Shown piece after piece: positions 39,601 through 54,600 of a DNA stretch of 64,000 nucleotides. The stretch is from Lytechinus pictus. Taxonomy: Eukaryota. Location: NCBI RefSeq assembly GCF_037042905.1, contig NC_087245.1, positions 21,144,001 through 21,208,000 on the forward strand, read 5' to 3'. Position 1 is the stretch's first letter, and the number at the start of each line of letters is the position of its first letter. The notes under the pieces are model-generated. The model saw only the letters and a list, made by a program, of their open reading frames with translations, was not told where the DNA came from and did not search any database. The position numbers and the translations under genes were made by a program.

Positions 39601-42600
39601 ATTTCTACATGAATTTCATCCCTGTTTAACTTCTCAATAATATTTCCCTTGCTGCACTATTCACATGTATGAATAGATTGTGAAGACATTCGAAGCACAA
39701 TTACAGTATTAAAGTAAATTATCAAATTACCCCCCCCCCCCACACACACACACACTCAGTCAATCATAGATTACTTCTTGACAATCTCTAAATTATTTAA
39801 ATGCCAGAGGTGCGCTGCAGGAAATGAAGAGCTTTCTTCACACTCTGACTCAACTGCTATCAAAGGGACACACAGCTTCTTATATCCATGAATTTGGTTG
39901 TAAAATATTAATTAAACTCATGAAAAATTGTAAATATATTTTCACAATTAATTCTATGCAAAACCATGAAGAGAAAGACAGAATTTTATGGATGAATTTA
40001 CCAATACCCTGAGCTAAATTTCCTTTGGTTTGTACCTAAAATCTACTATATCATATGAGTACGCATCTTGTGGGATAAACTTTCTATTTAAACTTTTCTT
40101 GTCTGCAGATGTATTGATTTTTGTATGACATTTTATCTTCATTTAATTGTCAACATTCCTATCAGTGATGAATAAACTCAATTTAATTCTAGTACTAGTC
40201 GTTCTATGTGGAAATGGATTTGTTCTGATACCAGATGCAGTGACAATGATGAAAGCCATTAATTCAAATGTGGACTTCCTATTCATTCTCATTTGAACTT
40301 CTTCCGGATGGTTTTTTACAGTTTACTTGTAATTGCAATTCATCTCAAATAAGCTAATTTTTCCCCAACATATATCTTTCTTTCTAATTCCACATTATGT
40401 CATCAAATCGTGAATCCCTAGTGATATTCCTGTACTTCAAGTAAAGTATTTTAACATGGAGCTACATGTAGTGACAAATTTCTGTCTATAAATAACAACC
40501 TGCCATATGGATGTAAAAATATACCATAAAGAAGTTACCATCTGTGCATGAGTTAAATTGTTAATGGTATTAAAGACAAAAAGGAAAGTGAAGATGGGAA
40601 TTCTGTATAGAGCTGGTCCAGTGCTTTCCGAGGATGTAAAATATGGCAAGTTGGAATAATTTACACCAGGATCAATGTATTGCATAACAAACATCCAGTG
40701 AGAAGTACATTTCTGTAAAAAGGCCCCATTGACCCAAAATACTATGGTAAGAATACCACATCTGATGGGAACAGATGTATTCATCGCAAGCTGAATGAAA
40801 GACTAGTACTACCAGGTGACCGTGAAAAGGAGAAAAGACCATCAAATCTGTGTCAGTTTTATTTCCTGCTGCTCTTCCAGCACTCATCAAAATGCAATCT
40901 AATTCACAGGGGCATATCAAGCTAGATTATCAATTACCACCAAACATGTAGCCTACCTCTCTGTGATTGAACTGGTCAGAGATTAAACGAAGCTACATGT
41001 ATTTAACTCAACAATCTGAAACTTACAACCATGTGCATCATTGCATATACACCTGGAACTCAGAGGGGAATGGATTAGGTAATCCTCTTCTGTTACATCA
41101 TCATCCCATCCTGACTATTATACCAACATGCATTTCATCTCTTAAGTCCATATCATCATGATTATAGATTGTTCTGTTGTGGTTTACATCAACAGTAATT
41201 ATATGATCTCATTCTTAATAAATTCTTCTTCTAAAATGATTGGCTCAAAAATGATTTTGAAACGTTGCATTCACCAAAGGGACATACAGGCCTACTGTAC
41301 TTGACCTCAATAAATATCAAACATGATATTTTTCACTGCAGCTTTAAAACTCATCATTGAAAGTACCAATCAGAACAAAAATTTCAAGTGAACAACAGAG
41401 GCAAGACTAAACATATGGAGCGAAGACAGAAAGGTGTAACAGTTTGAAAATCAATTTTTGTAATGACTCATGAAACAAACTCATGCATTACCCTGGTTCT
41501 GGTTGACTTGCTTATAAACAGGAGAAGTCAGAGAATCATTGATAAAGTTCACCAAAATTCCTTTATTTGTCCAGTGTGGAATTTTTGTACCCACCCGCCC
41601 CTGCTTGACTAACTACATTTTAGGGTGTAACTTTTATCATTCCTCACTTCCAGTCATATCTGTCCTTTAGTCTCCTACTATAGACGCCCACAAGCCACAC
41701 ACGGATTGTAGCAATATAAAATTGTGACAGCAGTAAATGGTGTATTTAATTCATGACTGTGTCATTTCCTTGGTGACAGCAACGTTTACATCTAGTTCCA
41801 TGATAGAATAGTCCATTCCACAAATACTAGGATCTATTATTGAACAATAGAGTATGCAAATAATATGAAGATATTTTATACATGAGCACCCACACGTACA
41901 TGTATCCCTTTTGTAAATATACTGTGCAGAACATGTATAAATTTGTTGTAATGTCAGATAAACAAATTTTATCTTGTACATATATGTACCTCTAAAGCAT
42001 AACGGCTATCTAAACTGTAGGCCTACATACGATAGTTCAATGTATAATTATAGAGTTGCTTTTGTCATCCTTTATGACCATCCTTTCAAAATAATTTCAA
42101 TATAACTTCAATGAATTTATGTGGAACCTAGCTGTACAATGAGTAGAAAATGTATATGATGCACCCCCCACAACAACACAAAATTAAAAGGGGTACAGTA
42201 TACCTTTTTTCTGATTAAGATGTGATATATATGTGGGGGTGTCAAAAATGTCAGAAAAAAGTGGGGTGTGCAGAAGTACATGTAGAGTACATGTATGTTC
42301 TCTCGCAATTTCTGTCAAGATATTGATCAGATATTTGTGTTACTTAATATTTGTATTTAGGCCTATGGCTATGATAGAATACTATTTGAAAAAATGAAAA
42401 TAGTTTTTTAATATCTGGATGTGTTTTAATACTTGTGGTGTGCAAATGTACGATGATATTAAGTGCCCCACCCCCATCCTGGAAATACTGAGCATCTAGT
42501 CATACTTCAATTGCAAAGAAATTACACTTCTGACCATCTAGCCATTGTAACACATCAAAAGCTAAAACCCTCACGTAGAATGTACATGTATGTACATATG

Positions 42601-45600
42601 ATGCAGGCAATATGCTTTCATATTCATTGCATTATTTTTATAATCATAAAATTCATTTGAGTTTTGTACATTAAATGATAAAACTGGTCTGCAAACAACA
42701 AAACATTTTGGGGCAATAATCCCCATAGTCGAATTCATAAATGTAAAATTAAATAGTTCAGATTTAGTATTAGAGCATGCACGAAAGAATACATCAAGTG
42801 GTATTATTCTTTTAAATCATGTTTTGACTGGCTTCCCCCTTCTACTGTATCAGCAACTTTTATTCCTCTTTCAAGATTGTTTATCAACTAAACTAATTAC
42901 AAACACTTCACCCATTGTAATCATTAACCAAGTAATAATGACGTTTTCACAAATATTGAGATTACAGAACAATTAGTGCCCACCTTGATGATTTGCTAAT
43001 AATGACAACATGAAACAAACATACATGTAGCTCCCAAGAGATAAAGAGGAAAATGGTTTATGCATAGTTCCTCAAAAATATGCCAATAAATGTTTTTCAA
43101 TGCACGATATTAATCATTAAACTCAGTGATGATGTTTCTAAATTAATTATTAGCTAGGCTTTCAAAAGAGTAAATTCTTTTCCATCTTGATATTTCGAAA
43201 TCCGCATCATGTGTTTTTACATCATGCAAAATATAAATATAAAAAACAATTTGTTTACATAAATGTACCTGTCATAAACAATAAATAATTTCTATTATTA
43301 CACTGAATCTGAAGCTTTATAGCATCAAGCAACTAGCACAAATACATGTTAATGGACTATTAATGAACTATTATTATGGCGAAACCTGGCTAAAACATTT
43401 AATATGTTCTTCTCCTGATCCAGTGCACTATGTAAAATGTAATAAATTGTACATGACACAATAACCCAAATATTTGGTGCTGATAAGATCATTCAAGGAT
43501 GCATCTTTGCTTGAGATCACAGCTTTAATATTACATATTATGAAACCGCACACAATGAGTCATTTCCAGCATCTCTGTAAGACCTCATACAAGCCATAAT
43601 TATTTATGAACCCCCTTTTTAATGTACATATACAGCCTGGATCACATAAACAAGTTGGCCCGTATTCTCAAAAGAGGTTTCAATTGTACCATGGTACAAA
43701 ACCATGGTTTATGCAGATTTCTTGTATTATCGCGCTTCCCTTTTTATACCGTGCTTTTCGCAAAGCACGCATTTAATTGGATTTATTAGCGTACACATTG
43801 AAATAAGCGTAGTTATATAAAAAAAAATACAACAGAAACCTCTTTTGAGAATGCGGGCCGTTATTATTGAAGTGTAATATCTAAATTCTAATATATAAGT
43901 CATCACATTGAGTGATAATTTTAAGAGAAAGTCTACAAAATTTTATTGTAACTGTTTTCACACCATATCTTTTCTAGTAAGTTCTGTCAGTTTACTTAAT
44001 ACAACGCTATGAATCAATGGGATTTAGACTGATATATCAAGGAGAACATTGAAAACCACACGTCCATAGACAAGCACACACAGGCACATGTATGTATTTC
44101 ACTACTAAGAGAAGACCTGTCATTTTCGATGATGCTTAATATTTCTCGGCAATTGCTCATTTTCTTCCATGCTCATTAGGCATATTCTTTATTCCAGCAT
44201 ATAAACACTTTGGTGATTGTTTAGTTGGATTCTGGTCCTGTTGATCTTATGATTGTTGCGACAACTGGAATTTATGTTCTAAATTTAAATTCCGCTTGCA
44301 ATCAAAGTTCTTGTAATCTTCTCAAACTAAAGAATATTAATTTGTCCTCTGACTAATTACATGTAAGAAAATCTTTCATCATGAGCTGTAATGCTGTATA
44401 GGGGAGGGTGGGGGATCCAATACATTGGATTAATGACAGGGACTTGCCACTTTGACAATGCCCCTTTTCAGATTCTAATTTCAAGATACTCAGTTCCGCT
44501 CAAAACCTGCTCAGCATGCAGCTACTCAGCAACACTCTGAAGACCCCCAAGATGAAACATATCAATTTGCATGCGAGAGCTCAGAGGCGTGAGTCTCCAA
44601 CCAACGTGGCTATATTGCACTCCACTGCCTCCACAGCACAGCCCCTCCGATAGCATATTTGCTACTAGTTTGTGTGAACTTTTGTGATGATTCAATGTGC
44701 GAGGCCCTCAGAAAATTAACTGAAAGTAAGAAAGTGCTGTGCTTGCCCTATCCTCCAAACTCCTCAAAATACAGATGAAATACTTGAAGATACTTGTGGC
44801 AAGATAAAAAAGCTAGTGCCCATTTTCAAAATTATTTATATATTGCTGCTTTTCTCAATATGCTGAATGTTTAATTTGTTTACTTTACCTTTCATATGAC
44901 ATGTATTACTTACTTTTTGAAGATCTCTTGTAAGTCTGGACGGCGTGTGATGACACGATAGAATTCAACAAACTCACTTTCACTGAGAGCATCGGTCCTT
45001 ACTTTTCCTTTCTTTGTCGTAGCCCCCTTTGTATTGGCGAACTGAAATACAATCAAACTTATTCAATTAATATTGGGTAAATGCATTATCATCTCATTTG
45101 CGTAAATTCCAATGAATTCATGCAATGGTAACGTCAGTCATTTCGTTTTTTGGTTGAGTTGCCTTTGTATGGCATGAATTCCAGTTATTAAAATAGCAAA
45201 TAAGAAATTAAATACAATATCGATATTTTGTGACACTTTCATCATACAAGACCTACAGATTTAATAAACATGGGGGAAAGGATAATCAAGCAATATTGAT
45301 AATATTTAATTCAAGAAATAAGGTTGGGAATACAGAGCATCTTTCATATTGATGCAAATACACCTTTAACACTGCATTATCGCAAGCATCAATGGTGTAG
45401 TGAGTCTGACTGTATGTACCTAGCCTTCTGATCAGAGGTTCATGTGTTCAAATCCCACTACATTACAAGCATCTCTAGCAAGCATCAATCTAGGCCACAG
45501 TTTGCCTCTCTCCATCCAGGAGTCAAATGGGTATAGGATGTGAAAGCCATACATGTAGTATTTCCCCAACATTGTAAGAGCATCACACTGCGATTTAATT

Positions 45601-48600
45601 GCATACTCACAATTGCATACTTCTTATGAAAAGACAATAGGAAGTTGCAAATTGAACCAAAATGAGTCTAATTTAATGTCTTTGTTTCAAATTTTAATAT
45701 CTGTACATGTATACTGTACAATCAAAATGGTTTCAGATTGTTAACATTGAACTCATGCATTCATATGTGTAAATAATTGTGAAAATAAAACCAAACCAAA
45801 CCAAAATATGATGAAACTTAATAATTATTTGCCATAGCTGCAGTTAGACAGTGATTTGTATTGCGGAATACATCAGTATTTCTGGACAATTTAGAAATTT
45901 GAAAGTTTTGGCATGAGCGACTGATACTCTTATTATTTAATTTCCTATTCTCACTCCTTGTACTTATGCCAATTTATAGAGAAAACTAAGAAATGCCAAC
46001 AATTCTATTAATGCTCAATACATTTATTGTGTACTGTATGTTACCATACTTTGTGATAATTACAGTAAAAAAGAAAGCTAAGAAAAAATATTCTTGATAT
46101 ATTTTGCAAACAATAACTGCCCCAGACTGTCCTGTCTCCATAATGGTAATAATGCTACTTCAATAAAAAAAATTTTTTTAAATATATATATATATCTATC
46201 TTTCTACATCTGCATTCAAGGCAAATTTCTTTGTCTTTTTTCAATGTTTGCAATGCGCCTTAACGCCCTCTATATATGTATTATGATGGAATAAACCCAT
46301 CCATAGACTTCGCCCTTTTGTAGGATGTACATGAATGCATGTATGTATATATATTATACTTTATATAAATTTGATCTATCCCTTCCATAATAAATGTTTT
46401 CTTGTACAGAGGGTACATTTCAGATACAAATTTAAATAAATCATTATCATAAAAAAATCTAGGAACCTATATGTATAAATATTACCCACCACAGAATCAC
46501 AATTTGATATAATTGACAAATTATAGAATGTTATTTTAAAGAAAAAATCAATAAAAGAAAATAGTCAAGTTAACAAATGAACAAAAACAGAATTACAATA
46601 TTACCTGATTAAGATAAGAAACTAGTAAAACTAACAAATTTTTGGAGCATTAAACAAGAAAGAATGGAGAGTAGAATGTGTATATACATGTAGCAAATAA
46701 ACAATTAGAATTAGGTATATTCACAAAACACCACATTTTCCTGTAAACACAATAAGTAATATCAATTCATCATAAAACCCGTAGAAATGGACAGTTACAT
46801 GTAAGTTTAAAATAGTACCATAATATGTAAGTACTTACTGTAATCTGAAAATCAAGGGGGAAATATATGCAAGAATAAAATATTAGACAAGCAGCAACAA
46901 TCACACTGATAATGTGAATAGCAAGAGCAGAAAATAGCGACAGAGATACATCTACATGTACATTGCACATCAAGCGCAAAAAATGCAACAATTACCTAGT
47001 CTGTTCACACACAAAAAAAGAATATTATTCAGAAATGGTGAAATGATTTCTTCCCCTTTTTTGATTGAGAACCAATATATTCTATAAAAAAAATTATACA
47101 CAATGAAAACAAAACTAATACAGAGTGTAATATAAATGCATATATTTATCATTTATTTTGAATGAGAAAGAGGTTTGTATGATCAAGAGTTTAGGAAAAT
47201 GTTTCACAGGGAGATAAAAAATATTTATCACTAGATATAAATACTAATTGGTTGCAACTTTACATAGCGAAAGACCCCCCATCTCCTTCCAAATATTTTA
47301 TTTTATCTGCACATAACCCCAAACCAAATTAAATGTAATAATTGTAATTTGGCCACTTCAACAGAAGGAGCCAATCTAGAGAGTACTACCGGATTTGAGT
47401 GGCCATAGAAACCGCTTCTCTCCATTTCCAAAGAAATGAGAGTGGTGAGTAATAGATGACAAATTTTGACAACTGTTTTAATAGACCATGAGATTTCACA
47501 GATAAACAAACTTTAGTTATAGATTTGAAATATGAAAAAACTGTCTCAAAACTAGAAATATCACTGAAGGTGAGTTTTAATACCCCCACCCTATGTTGTT
47601 ACCATGGCAACCCATTTTCCAACACGCTTGAAAAGTGAATCTTGCATGTCCTTACCCAAGATGAATGTTTGTGTCAAATTTCAGGAGCAACGGTAAAAAA
47701 AAAGTTTTCCAGGGTTTTGGGCAATAATATGCTGTTACCATGACAACAATTTGAAACACATTCAGATTTCCAAAGCATGCAAAAATGTGTCTTGCACATC
47801 TTTACTCCAAGACCAATTTCATGTGTTCCAAATTTCATAAAAATTGAGGAAGAAGTTTGAAAATTTTTGCCATATAATATGTTGTTATACATGTATGTAC
47901 AACGGCAACACGATTTCTGATACTGTACATACACAAAAAATGTGTTTCCCACATCTTTACCTCAACCGAATGTTTGAGCCAAATTTCACGAGAATTAGTT
48001 GAAAACTGATGAAGTAGTTTGAATTGCAAGATTTTTACCTCATTTTCACCATATAAGTACTTTGTTACCATGGCAACACAAATTCTGACACATGCAAAAA
48101 CTATGTCCTGCACATCTTTACCTAAAGACCAATGTGTCCGCCAAATTTCATGAGAATTGGTAAAAAATTGGGGAAGCAGTTTGAAACGCAAGATTTTTAC
48201 CTCATTTTTTCCATAATATACAGTTACTATGGCAACACAATTTCCTAAACATGCAAAAAATATGTCTTCCACATCTTTACCCCAAGACCAATGTGTTCCA
48301 AATTTCATGAGAATCATTTAAAAATTGAGGAAGTAGTTCGGTGTGCAATATTTGCAACGGACCGACCGACAGACCGCCCGACCGTACACTCATTTCTATA
48401 CACCCCCTTCAAACTTCCGTTTGGCAGGGGTATAATGATTGGGAAATGTTAATTTTAAGGCTGATTACAATCATCAGAGCATGTGGAATGACACAAATGA
48501 CATACTCTAATGGCAAAGCTATTGTAAAGCAGTATCATGTAAGCACATCAAAAAACTAATTTTCTGAGTGGGTTGACAGACAATGCACAGTATTTCCATT

Positions 48601-51600
48601 TCAAACTAATGTACAGGATATACCGGTAGGTTTCCTGATTGAAGTACATTCAGTTTTCATGAAGTTGGATGTGGATGTAACATATAGTGAGCTGTTAAAA
48701 CACTGAATCAAACTAATTTTTTTTTTTTGACTGCCCAGAAAAATCTACATGTATTTCAGAATCATTAAAACCTTATCTTGCTTTAAGAGTGAGAGAGTTC
48801 TCTACAGAAATAACACGTAAGAGACTGTTTCCAGGCAACATAAAGGTTGATATCATTGTCATAATTCTAAAATATTTATAAGATTATATTAACCTTTTCT
48901 GAGTTGTCCTAAAAATGTCCAAATTTTGAGATATGAGGTTTGACAGCCCCCAACATAATATGATCTGTTTTCATATTGTATTAGTTTAATAGTATTTGGA
49001 TCCCTCAATCTTGTCTTCACCTCCGGTGGGCAAGACAAAAATACAATGCTTCACATGTATTAAACACAGTCGAGCGGGGGAATCTTCATAATGTTAAAAC
49101 ACAGCATGCAACAAAAACAAAATTATTTTTAATAGCTCAAGTAATTAATTAGCTATGCAAGCACAACATTAAACATATCATACCTGGAATAATCTCTTGG
49201 CGTGAGCCTTCTCAATCTTGATGTTCAATGTTTTGAGAAGTTTGACGGATTCGTCAAGGTCTACGGTTCCATCCTGATTAACATCTGCTCGTCTGAAGGC
49301 ATCCATGATCCATCTGAATGATTGGCAGATCAAACGTTAAGGAATACCCACAATTCTTACCATGTAATATTCTGATAAATAATTTGAACCAATGTTTCAC
49401 TCTAGACTAAAAAAGAATTTCAGTCCACACTTGTATGGAATGCTAGAATTTATCTTCTTTCTATGATATTGATGACAAAGAAAATGTGATCAAATAATTA
49501 ATAGAAATTCTTTGTATATTCACATGATCAGTTTCTTGTCATTATGCACGAACAAATTGGTGTGTGTGTGATATGAAATAAACATGTTTTCAGAGGATGT
49601 ACATGTACTTTTGTGATTTTACATTAAAGGAGAAATATATTGATTATGAATATGGTCTTATTATATGATCGAACTAGGATCTACTCGCTGACAGTGTGGA
49701 GAAATCGCACGTTCACTAGCATTCGCCATATGTTTTGCACACAAGTGGACCTTGATGTGGGAGAGACAATCACGTCTCTGCATGGTACCATCATACACGT
49801 CATCAAATTCAATTCCATTCAGAGACAGAGGCGAGGCTATTTCGGAGAGGCATTTTAGCGCTTTTTAATTGGCAATTTCCAACTTATGTATTATTTTTGT
49901 TATAAAATGACCTAATGATAATACCCACATCATTACCTTTGCACTGATATATATTAAGGCCATATATATAACATAAGCAATATATTTCTCCTTTAAAAAT
50001 ATTTTGGCCAGTGACAGAACTGTTATGTGCATCTTTTTGCTTTATAAACCCATTAATCAAGCATGGAAAAAGCTGACGATTTCAGGATGTAGGCGATCTA
50101 TATGGCTGTTGCAAGAAACTTGCGATCTAAATTGCAAGTCTTCTTTTGGTCCCTAAATCAATCATATGTCTTGCAATTAATTGCAAATCCATGATTGAAT
50201 GCTAATCTGTTCCTTGAAACAAGGAGTGTAATCTGATTTGCTACAGCTAAAATATTAATGTATCAATTTTAAAACTGCAACAGAATACTTGCAACTGATA
50301 GCAAATATTTACTTGAAACAAGGAGTGTAATCTGATTTGCTACAGCTAAAATATTAATGTATCAATTTTAAAACTGCAACAGAATACTTGCAACTGATAG
50401 CAAATATTTACTTGCAACACCATATGTCTGTATCTTCTTGATATATAATCACTGAATTTGTAAAATTTTCAAATTCTCTTTTTAAACAACAAAACAAAAT
50501 AAGAACATTATTATGATGGAGCATTAAATTAAACTGAACTTTTCCAAACGAATAAACAGATGAAAAAAGTTACTATGATATACACTTTCGTAATATTGGT
50601 ATTTGAAATGATGAATATAAATCACCAGAGAATTCACATTGATATTTTACCAAAGCTTTAGACAGGCTTTTTACAAGCTCTACAATTACCCTCTGAGAAA
50701 TATGAATACATTTTCAATTAAAGAGCTCAGAGCTGGGTATATTCTGTATTTGTCCAATTGTAATGTGTGTTTTCTTTTCTTTGAAAATTATTATCTAACA
50801 ACCCATTAAAACCTGAAGAGCTAAACTCTACAATTCATGCCACAGTGCACTCCAATACTCTCAGAAAAATAAACAAGCTAGTTGTTTTGATTGATAACAT
50901 CTGTTGAGGAAATTAGGACTACTTTATATCTACTAATTACTTTCATATTTAAAGGCTAGTATTGATATAAAAAGGAAGGAAATGAATGATGCAAAACCAT
51001 TCATTTGTAAAAATCAACAAAGATTTGAGATTATCATTTCATTGAGTTAAAACATACATGTACATAAAGAATTACAAAAAATGCAATGATACATACATGT
51101 ATACTCCATTGCAAAGTAATATGATATCATAATAAATTTGATTTATATCCCTTAACAGCTAATCCTTAGGTAGTTTGAAGGTGTTTCTTAATGCATGTTG
51201 CATACTGTCTTAATTCCTTTATTATTATTTATTATTCCAACCATGCCAACATACATGTACAGTACACAGCAGGCATAGTAGCTCAGCTAGGAAGCAAAGC
51301 AGAGGAGGCACAGTAGCTTTAGTTGGTAAAATGGGGGGGGGGGGGGGGGCTCTTAATAACAGCAACCTGGGTTCAAAATAAATTTGATGCACTGGTAGAA
51401 GGTCCCTAGGAGGTAATAGGCCATTGGTCCTCTGGTTGCTTACTCAAAAAGCATTCATGATTTTTAGCAGTCAGATAAAATTACCACCACTAACTATTAA
51501 ACATGGTTTTCCTTTTCTACCTTTTAAAAATCACATTCAATTCCATAATTTCTAGTGAATACTGACTGATTAAACTATATAAAAGAAAGCTTTAAAAATA

Positions 51601-54600
51601 AGGCTCAAAATTGATTGAAACAAGCAAGGATGGCTATTCAGATAGAAAAGATTACAGTAGCACCCCCCCCCCCAAAAAAAAAATAATAATACAAAGTATT
51701 CACTCATAGTGTAAAACAATAATGATGATGATGTCTACTGTACATCTTCATTCCTATTTTGTCGTGCAAACTTTAAAGTGTTTGAAATACGAAGTAACCT
51801 TTCCTTTTATCTCTATCTTTGTTTTCTTCCTTTATGAACATCTGTTTGTAATTCTTAAAAAAGGGAAAAATAAAAATAAAAAATAAATAGCAAGGATGAC
51901 TGTATTTACTGTTTATTATCTTTAATGATCCTTTTACTTGTACTCCCCCACTTTGCAATTTATATCTTTTTCCTATCCCAATTGATTGTGCCTCCCATTT
52001 CCTTATATGGTCTTAAACCTCTTTTGATACATTTGCCTTGCTTCCTCTCAAAACTTGTATACCCTCTAAATACCTTCTTACATGTACAAGCAAATCCCAG
52101 TTCTCATTAGCTCAAGAATTTATAAAAGGAATATAACATGAAACAATATTTTTCATTCATATCCTGAGCATGTTGGAATGAGATTTTGATTAGTGATGGT
52201 TCATTGAGCAATGGCAAAAAGATAATAAATCATGTGAGACCTACATGTACACCCAATACTCACGTAAACATTTTGTTGTTGTAACATTTTCTACAAGGAA
52301 CTCAATTAGTTGTGTGCCGATTCAAATGATTGGTCACCTATACATGGATGTAGACTTCATTCATTAAAAGTACAAATCATTTTCTTACAGTTTTCTCTGT
52401 AAAAAAAAAACCGTGAACCATTCTTAATAATTCAAGATATATATCTGAAAACATTCACATACATTTCAATGTCCCTTCATACAAGAATTGAACTAATTTT
52501 CATGAGTGTGAACTGACCGAAAGACCTTCTTTCTGTGGTCATGCCTCTATCAGGAGGAACTCCCTATTTCCCCTCGGGTTCAACATGCAAAGATACGCAC
52601 CCCTTGTTGTCATGGCAACAGAGTTCTGACAACAAATTTCAGCACACCCCAGATCTGAGTCATCTAAAACTTTCTTTTATCTGCTTATTGCGGCTGGGAT
52701 CAAACTCTTAACGTACAGAGAAGGTTTGGAAAGAAATTAAATTGTATTCAACATTAAATCATTGCACTGTGGTCCCTTGTACAATGAAGAAGGCTTCGCT
52801 CATGTAAACATTTTTTTTTAGCTTGTTAAAAGTTATTTCATATAAATTTTTATATATATACATCCATTTCATTCTATGCATTCTCCTTCCCAGTAAAAAG
52901 GTAATATGGTATCTTTGTGCAGTGAGGAATGCTATAGTGTGACCTAATCATATCATAATTGCATTTTTTTTATCAATATGTATGGGCACTCTCCCCCCCT
53001 TTACAGTTTTTCTCAACAAACATGTACATAATGGCCTACATGGTCAATATCTACTTTACATATCATATTTCTATTTTGTACCTTTTCAATTTTCATTGCA
53101 CAGCGATTGATTGTTCAACCTGTTTGTCAACAATCCACATGTTTATATAGACCTGCAACTGGGTGAAGACAAACCTATAGTGAACTAAGAAAATAAATTC
53201 CTCTTGTTTTCAAGAGTTTATCCATTGTATGTATGCCTGGGGAAAACTAGGGCAAGGGCATTGCAAGGAGTGAATTCTTAAAACAGAGTTGGAAGGATTT
53301 GCAGCTCTATTTTCTCTTCTTTTTCAAAACAGAGCTTGCAATGCGATGTAAAGTATGGGCGGGATTAATTAACTTCCACAATAAATGATGCATGAGATTT
53401 AAAACAGAACACACTGTATAATATTAAAGGCATTGCATACATGTATCTTGTAATTAAAACACTTTAAATTATGGACTGTTGATATGTGTGTATCTCTGCT
53501 ACAGTATACGGTTCAAAGCTGTGAAAATTGGCATTGGTTTAATACTACGTTCAAAATAATTTCAGCAAATTAATAAAAAGTCATTTTTTCTTCCATTAGT
53601 GTGGTTGTTTGATGTATTACCTACATGTACATAAGAGCAATATGATGTCTATTTAGATTATTTATCTTATCAATTTGTATATAGACAGGTCATTTAATCA
53701 ACTTATCAACATGGATGAACAGATCAATTGCTCTGAATGAGCTAAGTCAACAAATTTGGACAATTGAGCAATCATATCAATCAACCAATAAAACAAAGCT
53801 AGTTTTTATAAGCTTGGAAAATAGCTTGTTAATTGGACATCTCAAATATTAGCCTGAATTTAGCTGAAGTTTCATCTTCATCAGCCTGAGCCTTTATAAA
53901 TTAATTGAATTCAGTGCCAGGTACCTTGGGCTGATTGTAACGTACAGTTGCCATGGAAACCTAAAATGCAAAAAATCAAAGTAAAAGTTTTATATCACAG
54001 GGCCCAGGAAATGAGTAAAAGGTACCAGGAATAGTGACCTAACTGGATTTGTGGTAAGGAAAATGAAGGACTTCAAACCTCTGAAAATGATTGGAAGGCA
54101 TTGCAACAGCTGAACAGGGAATATCTTCAACATATTGCTGGGTATTTCAAATTGATGCCCATGTGCATAAGTTACACCTATAAGGATAGTCTTGATAATT
54201 CCATTCAATAAAACAATTACGGTATAAATGTATTTTTTTAATTGAAAAATAAGAATGCCTAGAAGCATACGGTAGACATTCATTTCTTGGCATATAGATT
54301 ATAGTGTGTGAAATGAAAAGAGCGGAAAATCATCATTCTTGTGGATGTGGACATATACTAGATTATAAAACTGTTGCATCCTGGGTAAATATCTAGGAAA
54401 ATTATAGGCCTAGGACTTTATGCTGGTGCTGTGCTTTTTCAATTGGCTGTGCCACGTTGGCTTTAAAAGGATACGCGGCCTGTTTAGCGTGGATGTCGAT
54501 ATGCTGCGACTTCTTCTTTAGCCATCGCAATCCCATGACCCATGTCCTAGCGTCATCCTGACTCGGCGCTACAAGATTCACGGTGTGATTCTCTTTGCCG

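Larger units (their letters stand above)
49314..54474 (-). other. U12-type (minor spliceosome) GT-AG intron
   Basis: 5' site GTATCCTTT (54474-54466); branch site TTCCTTAAC (49344-49336), about 22 nt before the CAG; no strong polypyrimidine tract. Confidence 0.92.

Noticed and set aside
47674..48317. 160-aa and 92-aa repetitive ORFs
   Set aside because: Translation of tandem core repeats of a non-autonomous element
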